Origin: Schizochytrium sp. TIO01
Taxonomy: Eukaryota > Protista > Bigyra: Labyrinthulomycetes
Direction: 5' to 3'
Length of the DNA stretch: 64,000 nt
Assembly: GCA_004764695.1 (NCBI GenBank)
Contig: SMSO01000037.1
Span: 3,820,747-3,884,746 of the forward strand
A program made the translations under genes and the position numbers. The notes below the pieces were generated by a model, which was given only the letters and a program-made list of their open reading frames with translations, had not been told where the DNA came from and searched no databases. The first letter of the stretch is position 1, and the number at the start of each line of letters is the position of its first letter. This document shows, piece after piece, positions 23,226-36,710 of this stretch.

Positions 23226-24608
23226 CCTTTCTTCCTCTTAACATTTTTGCTCGCTTGTGAAATTTCCAAAAGATCAACCTCATCGGCACCAGCAAGAAGC
23301 AGATCATCATCAAAGGATGGCGATGTTCAATTTACTTACCGTATGATACAAAAGCTTCTATTCGTAGAACCTGTTTCCTCTTTGCATAATATTCAAAATT
23401 ATCTTTTTCTTCTCTAGCTAACTAGTATTCATAAAAAGCAAATCTGTTTTATCCACTCCACTTATTTTGAAGCATAGCTCCTTTGTACATCTAACATTCT
23501 TTTGTTCTGCAGCTAAATGACAAGCTTTAACTAAAGCACAAAGTCTGCCTGCAGGGGGCATCACGAGAACGGAAAATCACCTGCACTGTGACCTTTCGTT
23601 AATGAATGCTTTAACATCGTTTCAGATCATAAGCACAGTTTAGTAAATTCTACCCGCCAATAAATATTACCTGAAAAACTTTTTTACGATCGGTTATCGA
23701 TACGTATCATCCAGGCAAAGAGGCTTGGCTAGCCACAGCTACACAGGCTGAGAGTCAAGAAAGTGGTTTAGGAAGAGCAAAAGAGGGTTGGGGTTCGTCT
23801 GATCAGATTATAGAGAGAGGGTAATGTAAACTAAATGAGGAGTCCTGGATCGCTAGCTTCAGATAGCTCACCAGTTCTGGACACTGCGGAGAATAGAGAG
23901 ATGATAGACGACAAGTGTGGAAGAGTGGTCAAAAGAGTGTTGCGGAGTTGTTGTAACTGTTGTAGTTGGTCGCGAATCAAAGTTTTCGTACTGTTTGGTA
24001 CGAGATGGGAAAAAAAGGTATAATAGAAATCATAGCGAGCTAGATTTATCTGCGTTAACGGTGTTTTACTAGTTTCATATCAGAGGACGACACGAGACAG
24101 AGGGAGACAGACCGACGCACACGATACCTAAAAAAACAACTATTAAATTCAACAGAGAACAACGTGGAGAGAGGTGCCAAAGCCACCTGATGCGAGTATA
24201 TACCAGTTCTTCGCGCGTAAACCTGAACCCAAGTTTAAAGATAGGGTGTCAGGCCTTCTTTGCACAGTTTTAGAGCGCTAACGCTCATATGGCAAAAGAA
24301 AAAATTATACTGGTACATTTGTTTGCAGGCAACAGGGGAAGTATAGGCTTAAGAGCTGGCCTCTTCCGAGAGAGAAACGATAGATCAGATACAACACAAA
24401 TAATCGCAGAGCGCACAAAACATCATCATCATCATCATGGACCCGTGGGTATACATAAAATATCCTCGCGCGCATGACATATGGCATGCATGCATGCAAG
24501 CATGCGCAAGTACTACGGTCAAACGGTCGGTCTTTCCGCATCACACGCTCATGCAAAGCACAATATGGGAGGGCGTAGGGCTGACAGGCAAGGCAAGGCA
24601 GGCAGAGT

Positions 24609-25391
24609 TTAGTTCTTCTTGGACTTCTTCTTCTTGGGCTTCTCCTCCTCCTCTTCGTCGCTGGAGGAGTCGGAGTCAGAGGACTCAGCGGCGTCGCGCT
24701 TCTTGGCGGGGGCCTCCTTCTCGTCCTCATCGTCAGAGTCGGAAGACTCCTCGTCCTTGTCGGCTACAGGCTCGCTGGCAGGCTCGTTGTTGGCCTTCTT
24801 GGGCTTGACCTCGTCCTCATCGTCAGAGTCGAAGGAGACGCGCTTGGGGTTCTCCTCCTTCTTGGACTCGTTGCTCTCAGCACCGTCGTGGGCAAAGCGG
24901 CAAGTGTCGCCGAACTTGCAGGAGCCATCACGCTGGAAGGCGAAGCAGGCCTTCTTCTCGCCGCCGAAGCTGCGCTGCTGCTGGGGGCGGCCGCCGGAGG
25001 AGGCACCACCGTGGGAGAACTTGCAGGTGTCGCCGAACTTGCACTGGCCGCGCTGGAAGCTGAAGCAAACCTTCTCGCCGCGGTCGCCGTAGCCGCCGCG
25101 GTCGCCGCGGTCGTTGCCACCGCGGTCGTTGCCGGCAGGGCGGCCCTCAGCCTCGCGCACGGCGATGTTACGGCCGTCGACCTCGTAGCCGTCGAGGGCC
25201 TTCATGGCAGCCTCAGCGGAGGCCTTGTCGGCGTAGCTGACGAAGCCGAATCCGCGGGAGCGGCCGGTGTCGCGCTCGGTACAGAGGCGCACATAGCTCG
25301 GCTCGCCGTGCTTGGAGAAGATCTCGCGCAGGTTCTGCTCCTCAACAGACCACGGAAGGTTGCGCACGTAAAGCTTGCACTCCTCACCCAT
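24609..25391 (-). CDS. 260-aa RNA-binding protein: RRM, RG-rich linker, two CCCH zinc fingers, acidic/Lys-rich tail
   Basis: RNP2 KLYVRNL; RNP1 RGFGFVSY; fingers CFSFQRGQCKFGDTCKFSH and CFAFQRDGSCKFGDTCRFAH; very high GC3. Confidence 0.96.
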   Translation of the reverse strand: MGEECKLYVRNLPWSVEEQNLREIFSKHGEPSYVRLCTERDTGRSRGFGFVSYADKASAEAAMKALDGYEVDGRNIAVREAEGRPAGNDRGGNDRGDRGGYGDRGEKVCFSFQRGQCKFGDTCKFSHGGASSGGRPQQQRSFGGEKKACFAFQRDGSCKFGDTCRFAHDGAESNESKKEENPKRVSFDSDDEDEVKPKKANNEPASEPVADKDEESSDSDDEDEKEAPAKKRDAAESSDSDSSSDEEEEEKPKKKKSKKN

Positions 25392-28300
25392 TTTGCTTGC
25401 TTGGTGTTTGTTTGTTTAACTGATTGACTACGAGAGTGTAGAGTGGCACAAGCCTTGTCTCGTTTCGGTTTTGCTGATATCCGCAAGGTTTTGCTTTTCC
25501 AGGCCCCTCTTCATCTCACGGGACCTCTCATTCTTCAAGTCCAAACCTCTAAACCTCGACCCTCTCCATAACTAAACGCTAGCTAGATCTCTAGTCCTTT
25601 TAAACCTTTTCCTCCCTACTCTCTCTCTCTCTCTCTCTTAAAGTATACTCAGTTTTAGTACAAAAAGAGAAATGACACTCACTGGTGCTGCGCTTTCTGG
25701 CTTGAAGCCGAAAGCTTTCAAGGGAGACCCAAAGCAGAACCCAGCGGAGCCGAGACCAGGACCCAAAAGGGGCTCCAGAAGACCCAGGCGGCGATCGAAT
25801 CAGCCGCTCCTTCGACGTAAAATCGACGAAATTGTCGAAGGCCTTCAACACGAACCGGTAGTCTAGGAAGGTACCAGTGGTGACGGCTAACATATGTCCC
25901 ACCGAGTGATTGACTGGTCGCCGTGCAAGCAACCGGTGCTGTGGGCTTGCTGTGGGGAGTTTGTGAGTGTTTAGATGGTCGCCCCTTCTTCAGTGTGGGC
26001 GGTATACGCAACAATAGTTAGCCTAGTAAAAGAGCGCCCCGTCTGTTCGGTGGTACGTTCTTTTCCTGCTAGCAATATGATCAGCATACCTACTGGTTAT
26101 TCTACGAGGGCATGAGCGTGGCGAGAGCCAAAAGAACAAAGTGCGGTGTTATAGTTTATCATAGGTAGACCTAGCAGGTTTTTCCATGGCTCGAGCTCGG
26201 GTTCTTGCCAAGAACCCGGCTGAGCAATCCCGAGAAAGTAAATTGGCTGGTGGCTGGATGAGAAGCAGAGTCGGCACGGAAAGGTGGCTGGCGGAGGCGA
26301 GCCGAGGCGCGGCGGGAGAGGCCTGCAGCCACCGAATCGGGCTCCGAATGCGCTGGCCGAGAGGACCCGGCAAGTTAAAGAGGCAAGTCGCGAGGTCCAC
26401 CCAAACGCGGCAACCACCCAAACAAAAGGTTCACACGCGAAGTGAGAGCACGAAAGCTGTGAGGGCCGAGCGAAGAACTCCCCGCAGCTGAAGGGAATAA
26501 GAGGGTAATACGGCCCCGCAGATACCTCAAAAACTGATTCCCACAATAACACACAGCCAGCTTCCCGGGCGAGTGAGGAAGTCTCCTCCGGCCACCAACC
26601 ATTTGGATCAAAACCAACCCTGCGTAATGAATTGATTGAACTGTGTTAAAAAGCGTTGTGCAGGCCGCGGTGCGGGAGAATAGAAGCAGCTGGAGTAGAA
26701 ATGTCTTCAGAGTGCTCATACCTTGGAGAGCTGGAATTCGAAGAAACGAAATCTACTGATGCTGGATGGTCGTGGCAATGCTGTGAGAAAAAAGGAAACT
26801 TGTTTTTCTATGCATTTTGTTCTATCTAAGAAGAGTTCATGGTCGGGAGGTGAAGAGATTTGTGTGCCTAACACTGAGGAAATTGCAATGTGATCACATG
26901 CATGCGCGATTGGATAAATTCTCAAGCTTTGAGTGGCTGAACGTTTTGGATACCAGGTTCCCCAGACAGAGATGCTCTGACTAATACATTCAGCTACAAG
27001 TTGATATTGCTCCATTTTATTTGAGAGCCGAGCTTTTCCAATTTCTCTGTTGTCCAATAAATTGAAAAAGATAAATCTATGTCCCAGAAATCGATGTACA
27101 TGTTATTTGAAGAAAAAAATGGTCCCAGAATCTGATGTGTGTGCAAAAAATCGAGTACGTTAATTTATATTGTCTCCTAAAATAGGTTACTGATTCTGCT
27201 TTGATTTTCAGTATGACAACTCATCAATCCTCAATTCTTGCTTGAGAACCCATTTAAAATTAACTTGAAAGGCATGGACTGGTCATGAACTTTGTATGCT
27301 ATAGACTACATCAACCGTTAAAATTGTTGAGACTTCTTGTTCTAGTTTCGAAGATACACTCTCTTGAATTAGCCTATCAACAGCGAGTTACGAAAGTTAA
27401 ACATTGACCAAACGTAGAAGAAAAGAATGAAGTCGTTCGCTCGAAGATAAGTTTTGTATGTTGCCATTGCATTTTGTGAAATTAAACGGAGGTGCATTTT
27501 TGGAGTCTCCTGTAGTTGAAAGGGTTGGAGATAGCACTAGAAATTCGTGGCGAGTAGCTTCTCAAAAGTACTATGCAAGCAGACGAGTGGAATCGTTCAA
27601 ACTCGAGAGAAATCCTGTCAGATGTCTAGGTCTGACGGGTTCTAGGGTATAATGTGAGATTTACATAAAGTCAATTGTTGTTCTGTATCATCAAAACATG
27701 GGCGTTCACCATGATCCGTAGCAAGCGATTAAGATCCTTTTGTTGTCAAATCAATTAATCAATCAACTTTTTCAAATAAAGGACTCATTGGCCCAACCAT
27801 TAATCAAGTACAATTAACCAATCTTAAGCTTAATACAATTTTACAAAAGCCCAAGTCTACATTGCAAATGCATAATCCTCTGTTTCTAATTTTCAGTGAA
27901 CATTGATAAGACAATGTAGTATAGTAAGTTAGCAACTGCATCAAATGTCTGAAATCCCATATTGGGTAAGTGGTTTAAGCTGTTGTCGCCAAGGTGTCAC
28001 ACTTGTGATCAGCGGACGACGGGTGAATTATATAGAGGAAATGAGAAATTGGTGTAATCGGAAGAAGTTAAGATGTACCATGTTTGGGAACAAAGATTGC
28101 CCCAAATTTGGGCTAATTCGGAACTTTGAACTACTATACACCAGAAGAAGTTCTGCTTAAAGTAGTTGTTGATACTGAGACGATGCAAAACAGTTCCTGG
28201 CCTGTGAGAGATGTAGTGCATTACTAAAGCTTCGTGGCACTTATTCATGAACAGCAAAGAACTTAATCTGAAGACGTTCACAGACCAAAGCCATAATTTT

Positions 28301-31300
28301 CTGCGGCTTTATTTCATCTATTTCTAATTTATTTTCTACATAAAGCAGCGTGATGAGCCCCAGAAGCACAATTGACGTATAAATTCAAGAGAGGGCCTAG
28401 AAGCACATGATTGAGCGAGCAGATCATAGGGGATCTCCTAGCAAAAGTTAACACAAAGGACTGGGAGTACACCGAATGATCTTGAGGTAGGCTGCTGTTT
28501 ATATTATAGAAACGGGAAGAATTGAAACTTCTCTCCCTCCTATATAGTTCATATTGTGGATGTGTTGTTTAGTCACCTACGAGGGTTCATCTTAATAACG
28601 CATTGTATGCAACTGTCTGAAATACCAAGGCACATATTTAAAACTTCATAACCTGTGTATGCACTCCTCATATTCTTGCCATCCTCCTGAATTCGAACCG
28701 AAAGGTGATTCCACATAAAATAAATACCTCAAATTATTTCTCCCTCAACTGCTATGCAGAGATGAGACTCTACTGCTATGCAGAGGTGACTACGAATTGT
28801 GCTCCCAGTTGCAGCAAGCTTGATTTCCCCTTGCCTTCATGAACACAAGCAATCATAGTGTCATTAGTCGGTACTGATCCGTATGCGTTGGCGACTGCTA
28901 TTTCTGTTTTTCTGATTTTCTGTTTTTCCGTTTCTTGTTTCCAGAGCATAAAGCTCATCTACACATTGATCTTTTCCGACGACTCTTACTTTTGAGGAGT
29001 TAATATATTGTTTCTTGATAACAGCTATTCATCTATCAGAAACCTTGAAAGGAATACAGTACTGTAGGAATACATTTAGAGCAATATCAATGACAGAGTT
29101 CTTTGAGTTGTCCCAGTGTGGTTGTTCAAAGAGATTCCCAACGGGTTAAGATGTGAGTCAAGGTGTTCCTACAGTGTAATTTACCTCAAGATGTTAAAAA
29201 AAAAATTACTCTCTAGTAAAGTTAGTTTCGATATTGTCACCCAATAGGGATTTACATAATCATCTCTCATACATTTAAGTTCCTCCGTTTGGATTGTTAA
29301 CATTAAGTCTATCATGTATTCGAAATTAATTTGATATATGTGACTCTAGATCATTTGAAAGTTTACAAAACAAATATGAAGATCTGCATGTTTTAATAAG
29401 GCACTTACGACTGTAGTTCTCGAGAAAAGTGAAACCAATAATTAAATCTTGTCGTACAACATCTTGAACAGCATCGCACATTGGCTTGTGTAATAGCGTG
29501 TACAGAGAGAGATGGCGGTGGTGAAGTGATGTAGTAAGCTTGTTGGTGAAGGTGAAAGAAAAAAAAAAAAGTGATATTTAGGTCATCGATGTTCTGGATT
29601 CAGGCAGGATGAACGAGTGAAGAGCCTCAGACAAAAGAGCTAGGTTAGGTAAGATATAAGAAACCTAGCTGTGTATATCATGTATTATGTATTACTTCAA
29701 GAGACTGTAATGTGGGCTGAGAAAATATTACAAGGTGTTGATCCTGCATTTGTCATTAAACAGAAAACCATGCGAAAGAATAATGGATGCTTACTATTAT
29801 CTGGTTTGAGATGGAATACTACATAATCTTTCAATGCTATGAGAGCACTAAATTGGAAATTAACAAAGAGTTCACGGAGCTCTATGTATGTGTAAGCTAA
29901 CTTTTTCGCAAAAGGCATCCTAGCTACCAGAAAGATTTTTTAGTTCAATCCCTGTACATAATCTATAGAAGTATGTGTCCCGAAATTGATTTGCATCTAA
30001 CCTGGAAGAAACGTAAATTGTTTTGAGGTGATAAAACATTAACATATAGCAAGACTCAAAATAAATGTTGCGGGACAATTTTACTAAGAAAATTTTGATT
30101 TCACTAATTAGTTTAAAGGTAAAAATTAAGCTAGCAAATACATCAGTATGCTGAAAATCTTCAGAATACGTGTGGTCTCAGAAGGAATCATAGAAAACGG
30201 TTTTTTTCCCTTTTTCTGTAGCGTCGTTGTATAGTTATAAAGAGGAATCACTCCTTCTTTTTCTTCAAGATCGTTCTTCGCATTTCTCAGAGTTTAAGCC
30301 GATGGGTAAAGGAGCTCTCGAATATTTATGTTAGTCCCTTCTTCAGCCATCCTCACTAAAGAAAAAGTAAAGTGAGAATTCTATTGAAAAAGAGATGTTA
30401 ATTTTTGAAGTTGAATTTGGCAGTTTATTGAGTGAAGACACACGTTTATAACTTTCCTAAAACCAAGTCGGGATCAGACTGTGACGCACAATCTTAGATT
30501 AGAGTAACGACTTTAGATTCAGCGAAAGCTAGCAAAACACAAGAGAACGGCGACTATGCTGATAGAGTAGTAGAGTAGTATAGTATGGTACAGGGGCCGT
30601 GAATAGATAGTGTAAGCAAACACTCAAAGTGAGTTCGTTGTAGGCTATGCTGACCAAGTCGATTTGATGTGGTAGGGCGTGAAGTTGATCGCAAACTCCA
30701 TTTTACGTATGACATCGATCACCTTTCGAGAGCCATTGAATACGTAAAAAGTGTTTGAAAAGAGGAAATATTTGAAAAGAGCGGACGTTTGTGACTTCCA
30801 TTTTTTATTCCAAAGTTGCAAATACAAAAAGGATATTTTCCCTCATAGACCGTAATCAAATAAGTGCTTGTAGTTTTTGATTCAAAAAAGGTATTTAAAA
30901 GGTTGTGTTTTCGTGACTACACCAAAACATTGAAAGAGGAAGATATAGAAAAATAAAAATACTCCACGCTACGCTATGCTATATAATAAAACATATTTAT
31001 TTGCCTGCCAGAGGTTCCCAATTTTTATCCATACTATAGTTTGTTGCCATCGTGTGAAGCCTCAATAAAACTTCGCCAAGGTCTACAAGCTCACCTTCAT
31101 CCACTTCTTTCCTTCATTTAACACATACAACTGCTTTCGAATCATTGTAAGAAGGTGCAAAATTGACATGGGTGATGACCTACCTCCTAGAGTAATCGGT
31201 AGTCGGTGAATTCTTTTAAAAACAAATTCCCTCCTCTTCCTTTCTTAACATTGCAGTGAATCTCGACTTCAGCGTCACATTTTACCATGCCTGTTGAACT

Positions 31301-34300
31301 TCGATGACGGTATCTCTTTCAAAAGCCGACTACCTACTTGTTCACAGTGGGCCATCTCAAGAAGTAGTAGGTACTTCAGGTGAATGAATGCATTGGTGGA
31401 GGAAGTGGTGGAAGCAGTGTGTGAAGACACGCAGAGCACGGCGGCCACGTCGAGACTTTGCGGACACAGCCCTGGAAGCTTACGAAGCCTCCAAAGTCCA
31501 ACACCTAATTCACTCACTCGCACGCTTTACCTAGGCTCCCTGGTAATATATATATATATATTATATATGGGTTGCGGAGTGCAGTTTCTCTGATAAGTTG
31601 TACTCCGCCGCGGCCGCCATTGGCTCTTACGAAGACGGCGCTTCGCGAGAGGAGAGGAGGTCGCTGTGATCTTTACTCGGCTGCGTCCTCGAGCTCGCTC
31701 CTTGCAGCGCCAGCACCTAGTGCGGAGAGAGTGCTGGTGGTGGCGGCTCACCGGTATACTATAAAGGCCTCCAGTGGAAACTGGCGGGCGGTTCACGGCA
31801 GAACTGAGCGTCAGTCAGCGCATTGGGTGGTCTTATTTATGTATTTATTCTTATGGACACATGGCATCTCACCAGGTATCAGAGGTGCAAGAAACTCTTA
31901 TGAACGGGGGCGCCATAGATGTTCAACTGCAACGGCCTCCTCGCTTTCGTCAAGGCATGCGTCATCTTGACGTTGTAGCAGCCTTGTGCCGCGTCAGAGG
32001 ACAGCGAAGGGGGATTTAAGCAAGCAAGAAAACTTCAGCACCCTGGTTTTATGAGGGAGCATGCGAGAGGCATTTCCATCAGTGGTAGTTGAGGTCGCGT
32101 TATTTCACGGTCACTTTGCTCATTCATCATTATCGTACGAAGTAGCAGAAGAAGTCGCTAAAGCTCCCGATGTTGGCGTTTGCAACCTCGTCAAAGCGTG
32201 AATGCTATTTGTTTTTTTCTTGGCTGGCTTGCGGGTCCCATGTGTTTTCAGCGTCCTACCTTTGGCCGTGAATGAAAGTGCCAGATTGTGGCTGTTTCCG
32301 CCGGCGTGCGAGACGAAAGAATCATCTATCTATTAATCAATCAATCAATCAATCAATCACAATCAACCTACGAGGCCGGTTGAAGTTGTTTCTGGCTGAG
32401 CCTGAAGTCAGTCAATCGCGTTTAGTTAGTTAGACTGCTGTTGGCCTTCTTTCGTGTCAGGATCAGGAGGAGCTGCTTTCGATGTCGATCCAAGTTGACG
32501 CTCCAGCTCGTCCCGGCGTTTTCTGCCCTCCTTTCCTTCAGAACCTATCTCCACGCACGCACTGCACTCGAAGTAGTGCAACCACTCATTTCCACTTTAG
32601 CGTTAAGGCAGACAGACCTGCAGCGAGGACTTTTCTTTTTTCGGTTAAAAGCGTTCTCGCGGGGCCCTGCCTGCCTGCTACAGGGTTACTCACGTACTTT
32701 CCTTGCTTACTTATCTTACTTACGTCCTGTTGCCGGACGTCTAATTGTCCCTCGTCACGCAAAGAGCTCTGCTTTCTCCTGCGACCTCTCAGACAGCACG
32801 CTCGAGAGATGTTTGGTGAAGTTTCCTGTTTCTTCGTCATTGCCCAAACGTGCTACATTCGCTGCGGCGAGGGATGCTACATTCGCTGGTTCCTGCAGGC
32901 GCCAGAAGATGCACCTTGTCCAATATGGCGCCTTTCCCGCGTAGATATCCATGCGGAACGGGCAGCTGGAAAAAGACGAAGGACTTAGACTGAGTAGGTC
33001 TCTATCTATCTATCTATCTATAGGTACCCTGTTCTGCATGATGATAGTGAAGAAGTGTTGGAGTGCTAAGGTTGGCGAATGTGGGGTTCTTTGTTAGGAA
33101 CGAAGTATCCGTTCTTTACTACGGATCAAACATGGCGATCAAAATTTGTACTCAAGCTTGAAATTGTTTCTTTTTAATTTTTTTTATCACTTTATTTTAT
33201 CATTCATTTTTTTTTCAAAATAAAAAAACATGCTTTTAATTTCAATTTTTCATTTTCAGTGTCTTCAGGACTAATAAGACACCAAACCTCGTAATGAGAT
33301 TGAGTAAAATAAAACCTAAGAAGAAACTGAACAAAACAAACAAAAAAGTTCTCACATTTCTTTTTGTTATAGCTGCTTATAGATTGTTAGCTTCTGAGCG
33401 TCAGCCTGCTGCTGCTGCTGCTGCTGCTGTAATGTCAATTTCGCGGCCTCCTTTAAGAAGTAAGCATTCGCGCCCAACAACTAACTGTTCGACCCTGAAT
33501 TTCGGTCTCAAAGGTGTCTTAGTTTTGGTCTGTCTGCCTGTTTCTGCTTCTGTCCGATGGTAATTTTCGAGGATCCGACTGGTTACTCCTCACGGGAAAC
33601 TATGGAGGCCAAGAATCGAAAAGGAGTGCACGGACTTCCTTCGCTACGCGGATACGAGAGGTACAAAAGCGGCAGAAGCTGCACGGCGAGCGTTTGCTTG
33701 CTCGGGGCTGAAGCTGTAAGACATGAGTCAGCTCTCTGCCGGACAGAGCTCTCAAGTACGAGGGCGCCTGGTGGTCCTGGCTGGCGTAGTGATTTCTGAT
33801 GACGTTGGTGCCTGCGAAAGGATAGGTAATCGATCGAATGGGCATGTACATGAGTGAATGCAACATTGCATGAGCTCAAGAACCTCTGCATAAGTAGTCA
33901 TGCTTTCAAGGCGGAAAATCAAAAGAGTGAGTACCTGGGATTAGTAGGTAGAAGAAGTAGGACTGCTTATTCTTGACCGAGAAAGCCTTGGTTCGTTTGT
34001 GATTGTGCTATGATATGATCAATATGCACGGATGTAGCCAAGGTTGCTTCCATTTGGCGCGAAAGATTGACGACGTCAATCATAATAAGGCGATTGACTT
34101 GTTCGTTTGCTGGCTGGCTTAATTTCTTCTTCCCCCCCCCCCCGGCGCAAGTTTGTGCGCGAATTATTGACTGTTGTTCTGCTGTCATTGACACATGATT
34201 GCAAGGAGTTCCGGGAAATAAAGCGCATGGCTTGTATACTTTGAATCTTTGCGTTTGATAGAAATGGAGGCAAGACAAGGAAAGGAAAGCGTAGAAGAGA

Positions 34301-35595
34301 TGGACAAAACGATGATACAGCATAACATACATAGGTTAAGGGGTGGGGTTATAACATACACATGAGGTTCTAGACCTCAACACTTGTATAGGGTTGAATA
34401 ATGGTGAGACTAAAGCATCAGCATCATCAGCATCTTGCTCGAGGTTGTTGACGGGTGGAGTATTGGCGCTTTGCGCTTTAAAGAAAAGATGAAGAGCAAA
34501 CAGAGTCTCTTGCCAAATGTATAGTTTGTGTTTTGATGTTATTTTAATTTCTTTTGTTTTGCTATCTTGCGCACATTACAAACAAATTGATTCAAGCCAA
34601 AAATTTTAAAACAAGCAATAAGGTCGCCGAGCCACAGCCAAATCAAAGGACTGCACTTTGGCCTACTACTAGGGAGCTCGCGCAGAAGAAGGAAGTATAA
34701 TCAGCATTGTGTATCACCCCGCATTTAATATCGGAGGGAACAACAACTTGAGATTATTGCGGCGAGGAGTTCATTCGCTTTCCGTTGCGAATGTGGAAAT
34801 AAAAAGGAACGAATGAAAGACTCGTGCACTGCTTTAGCCAGGTCCATCTCAACGATAACTCTTGTCAGACGTGTGCTTTGACAGCGTCGCAAACTCTCGA
34901 GGCTAGAGCCAAAGAAAGCATCTAGAGCCCACCCAAATGATGTGTGTGAGGTTGGTATGGGACAACAAATGAAATGAGGCAGCTACCTCTTTGTAAGAGA
35001 GTCTTTGCATGCTACACCATGAGACAAAAGATATCGGAATAATAGGGAGGGCGTGAGATGGGGCTTGAAACAGTTGCAGAGATACGCTGCTGCTGCTACT
35101 ACTGTTGCACTTGCTGCGATGACCGGTGTACTGCTTGTCGAGAATGGTCAAGATTGGCGCTTGTGACCTAGCCCAGGGGAACTATACCTTGTGTTGGTGG
35201 ATTCCCGCTGAGCTGGCCAAATGGGAGACTATGGTGTTGTGTGGTGTGTTGTATTGTGAAGATAATAATAAACCTGGTTGAAAAGTGGGGGGATGAGAAA
35301 TGGAACAAGACAGGTAGGAGAACACAACTTCGGTGATCGCTACCCTCTCTCAAGCACATGAACCGCCTGCTGCTGCTCAGCTCATTCATGTCCGCTCAAC
35401 AAATGCGGACAAAAGCCGACATTCTCGAATGATTAACGTGACGTAACCCATTTGAAAAGGTTCCGTGCATCCTTCACAGAGATGTAAACCATCAAGGCGG
35501 CGATCCGGTCCCAGCAAGATCATGAAGATAGATATATGACCCAAGATCGTGCCAGAACTATAGTTGAAGCCTAGGAAAGTAGAAACTTTCGTGAA

Positions 35596-36254
35596 TTAGC
35601 TTGCAACGGGGCGAGTGTGGCGGGGCTCCTGCTTACGCTCGCCAGTTCCGCGGTTGTACCATACAAGGCGGCCGCTTTCGGGGTCGTGGCTACGAAGCCA
35701 GTAGCTGCGACGCTGAGTAAGGCTTGAGGGTCTGGTCCAGGTGGTCTCCATGGTAGTCTTGTTAACATAGTACACGCGGCGGGTGGTAGGGTCAAGAACA
35801 CGAGACCACTGTCTGGCCTCGGCACCGTGGGGCACTTGGGGATTCTGGTCATTCACCAGGGGTGTCATTGCGCTAACCGCAACTGCATTGCCCACGGCAA
35901 GGGCACTAGCGCCAGTGAGGCTGTTGTCCTGCTCAGTACGGCGGCGCTTGGCGGCTTCTGCGTCAGCGTCTGCGAGGGTGCGTTTGCTTGCAGGGCTCGA
36001 TGACTTCTCACTCTTATGCGGCATGGTGCTTAATGACGCCTTGCCGGTGATTGCAGAGACGCCGAGACTGCTGTCCTCCTTCTCGTGTGCGGGGGAGAGA
36101 TCGTCTGGGTCCTGATCGCTAGCGGAGGCCTGGTCGTCTGCGCGCGTTGCGTGCTCCTTGTCAGATCGGTCCTCGTGTTTCTCATCTGCCGGCTTTTCTT
36201 CTGAGGGCGCCATGGTCATTTTGTGTGAAGACGATGCAGGAGCAGAAGAACTAC

Positions 36255-36294
<40 letters not shown>

Positions 36295-36402
36295 AATTGC
36301 AGGGACAAGGCTGGGCGCAAGAAGTGATGCAGCTGTCGCAAGGCCGTGTTCTGGAATCGAGGTCTGCTGCAGGACTGTCGGGGCGGCGCTTCGCGTGGTC
36401 AT
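35596..36402 (-). CDS. 268-aa low-complexity protein with C-terminal tandem WW domains
   Basis: WW1 WSRVLDPTTRRVYYVNKTTMETTWTRP; degenerate WW2 YWLRSHDPESGRLVWYNRGTGERKQEP; poly-Ser tract; bipartite-NLS-like KR-x10-KRRR. Confidence 0.9.
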
Positions 36403-36519
36403 ACTTTCAGGCTCCTTCTTCTTCTTCTACTATGAAGTCTCAGTTTTCCTGTTTGTTTGTTGTTTGTAGATTGTATGATGAATTAAGTGATTGTTTCATG
36501 TTTGATGATGATGTTTCCC

Positions 36520-36710
36520 ACTTTCTCTGCTTTCTCCAGATTCTTTTCTTTTTAGGGGCTTTTCTTTTCCTTTTTCTCTTTTCTTTCTTTCTTTCTTCCT
36601 TTTCTTTTTCTCTTTTGGCTTTTCCCTTTTGGCTTTTCTTTTTTTCTTTCTTTCTATTCTTTCTTTTCATTCTCCTCCTTGATTCTTCTTGCTCGCTGCT
36701 GCTTTTCTGG
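36520..36710. other. Long polypyrimidine/polypurine low-complexity tract upstream of the WW gene
   Basis: Almost entirely T/C on the + strand for about 190 bp. Confidence 0.8.

Noticed and set aside
24619-25427. Long antisense ORFs over the RRM gene, and similar ones over other genes
   Set aside because: Shadow ORFs caused by high GC3 codon bias.
28660-28720. GGTTCGAAT T-loop-like word on the minus strand
   Set aside because: No cloverleaf, acceptor stem or A-box around it, so not a tRNA.
33560-33840. Protein-like frame KECTDFLRYADTRG
   Set aside because: Short, stop-interrupted, with no start or splice support and no recognisable motif.
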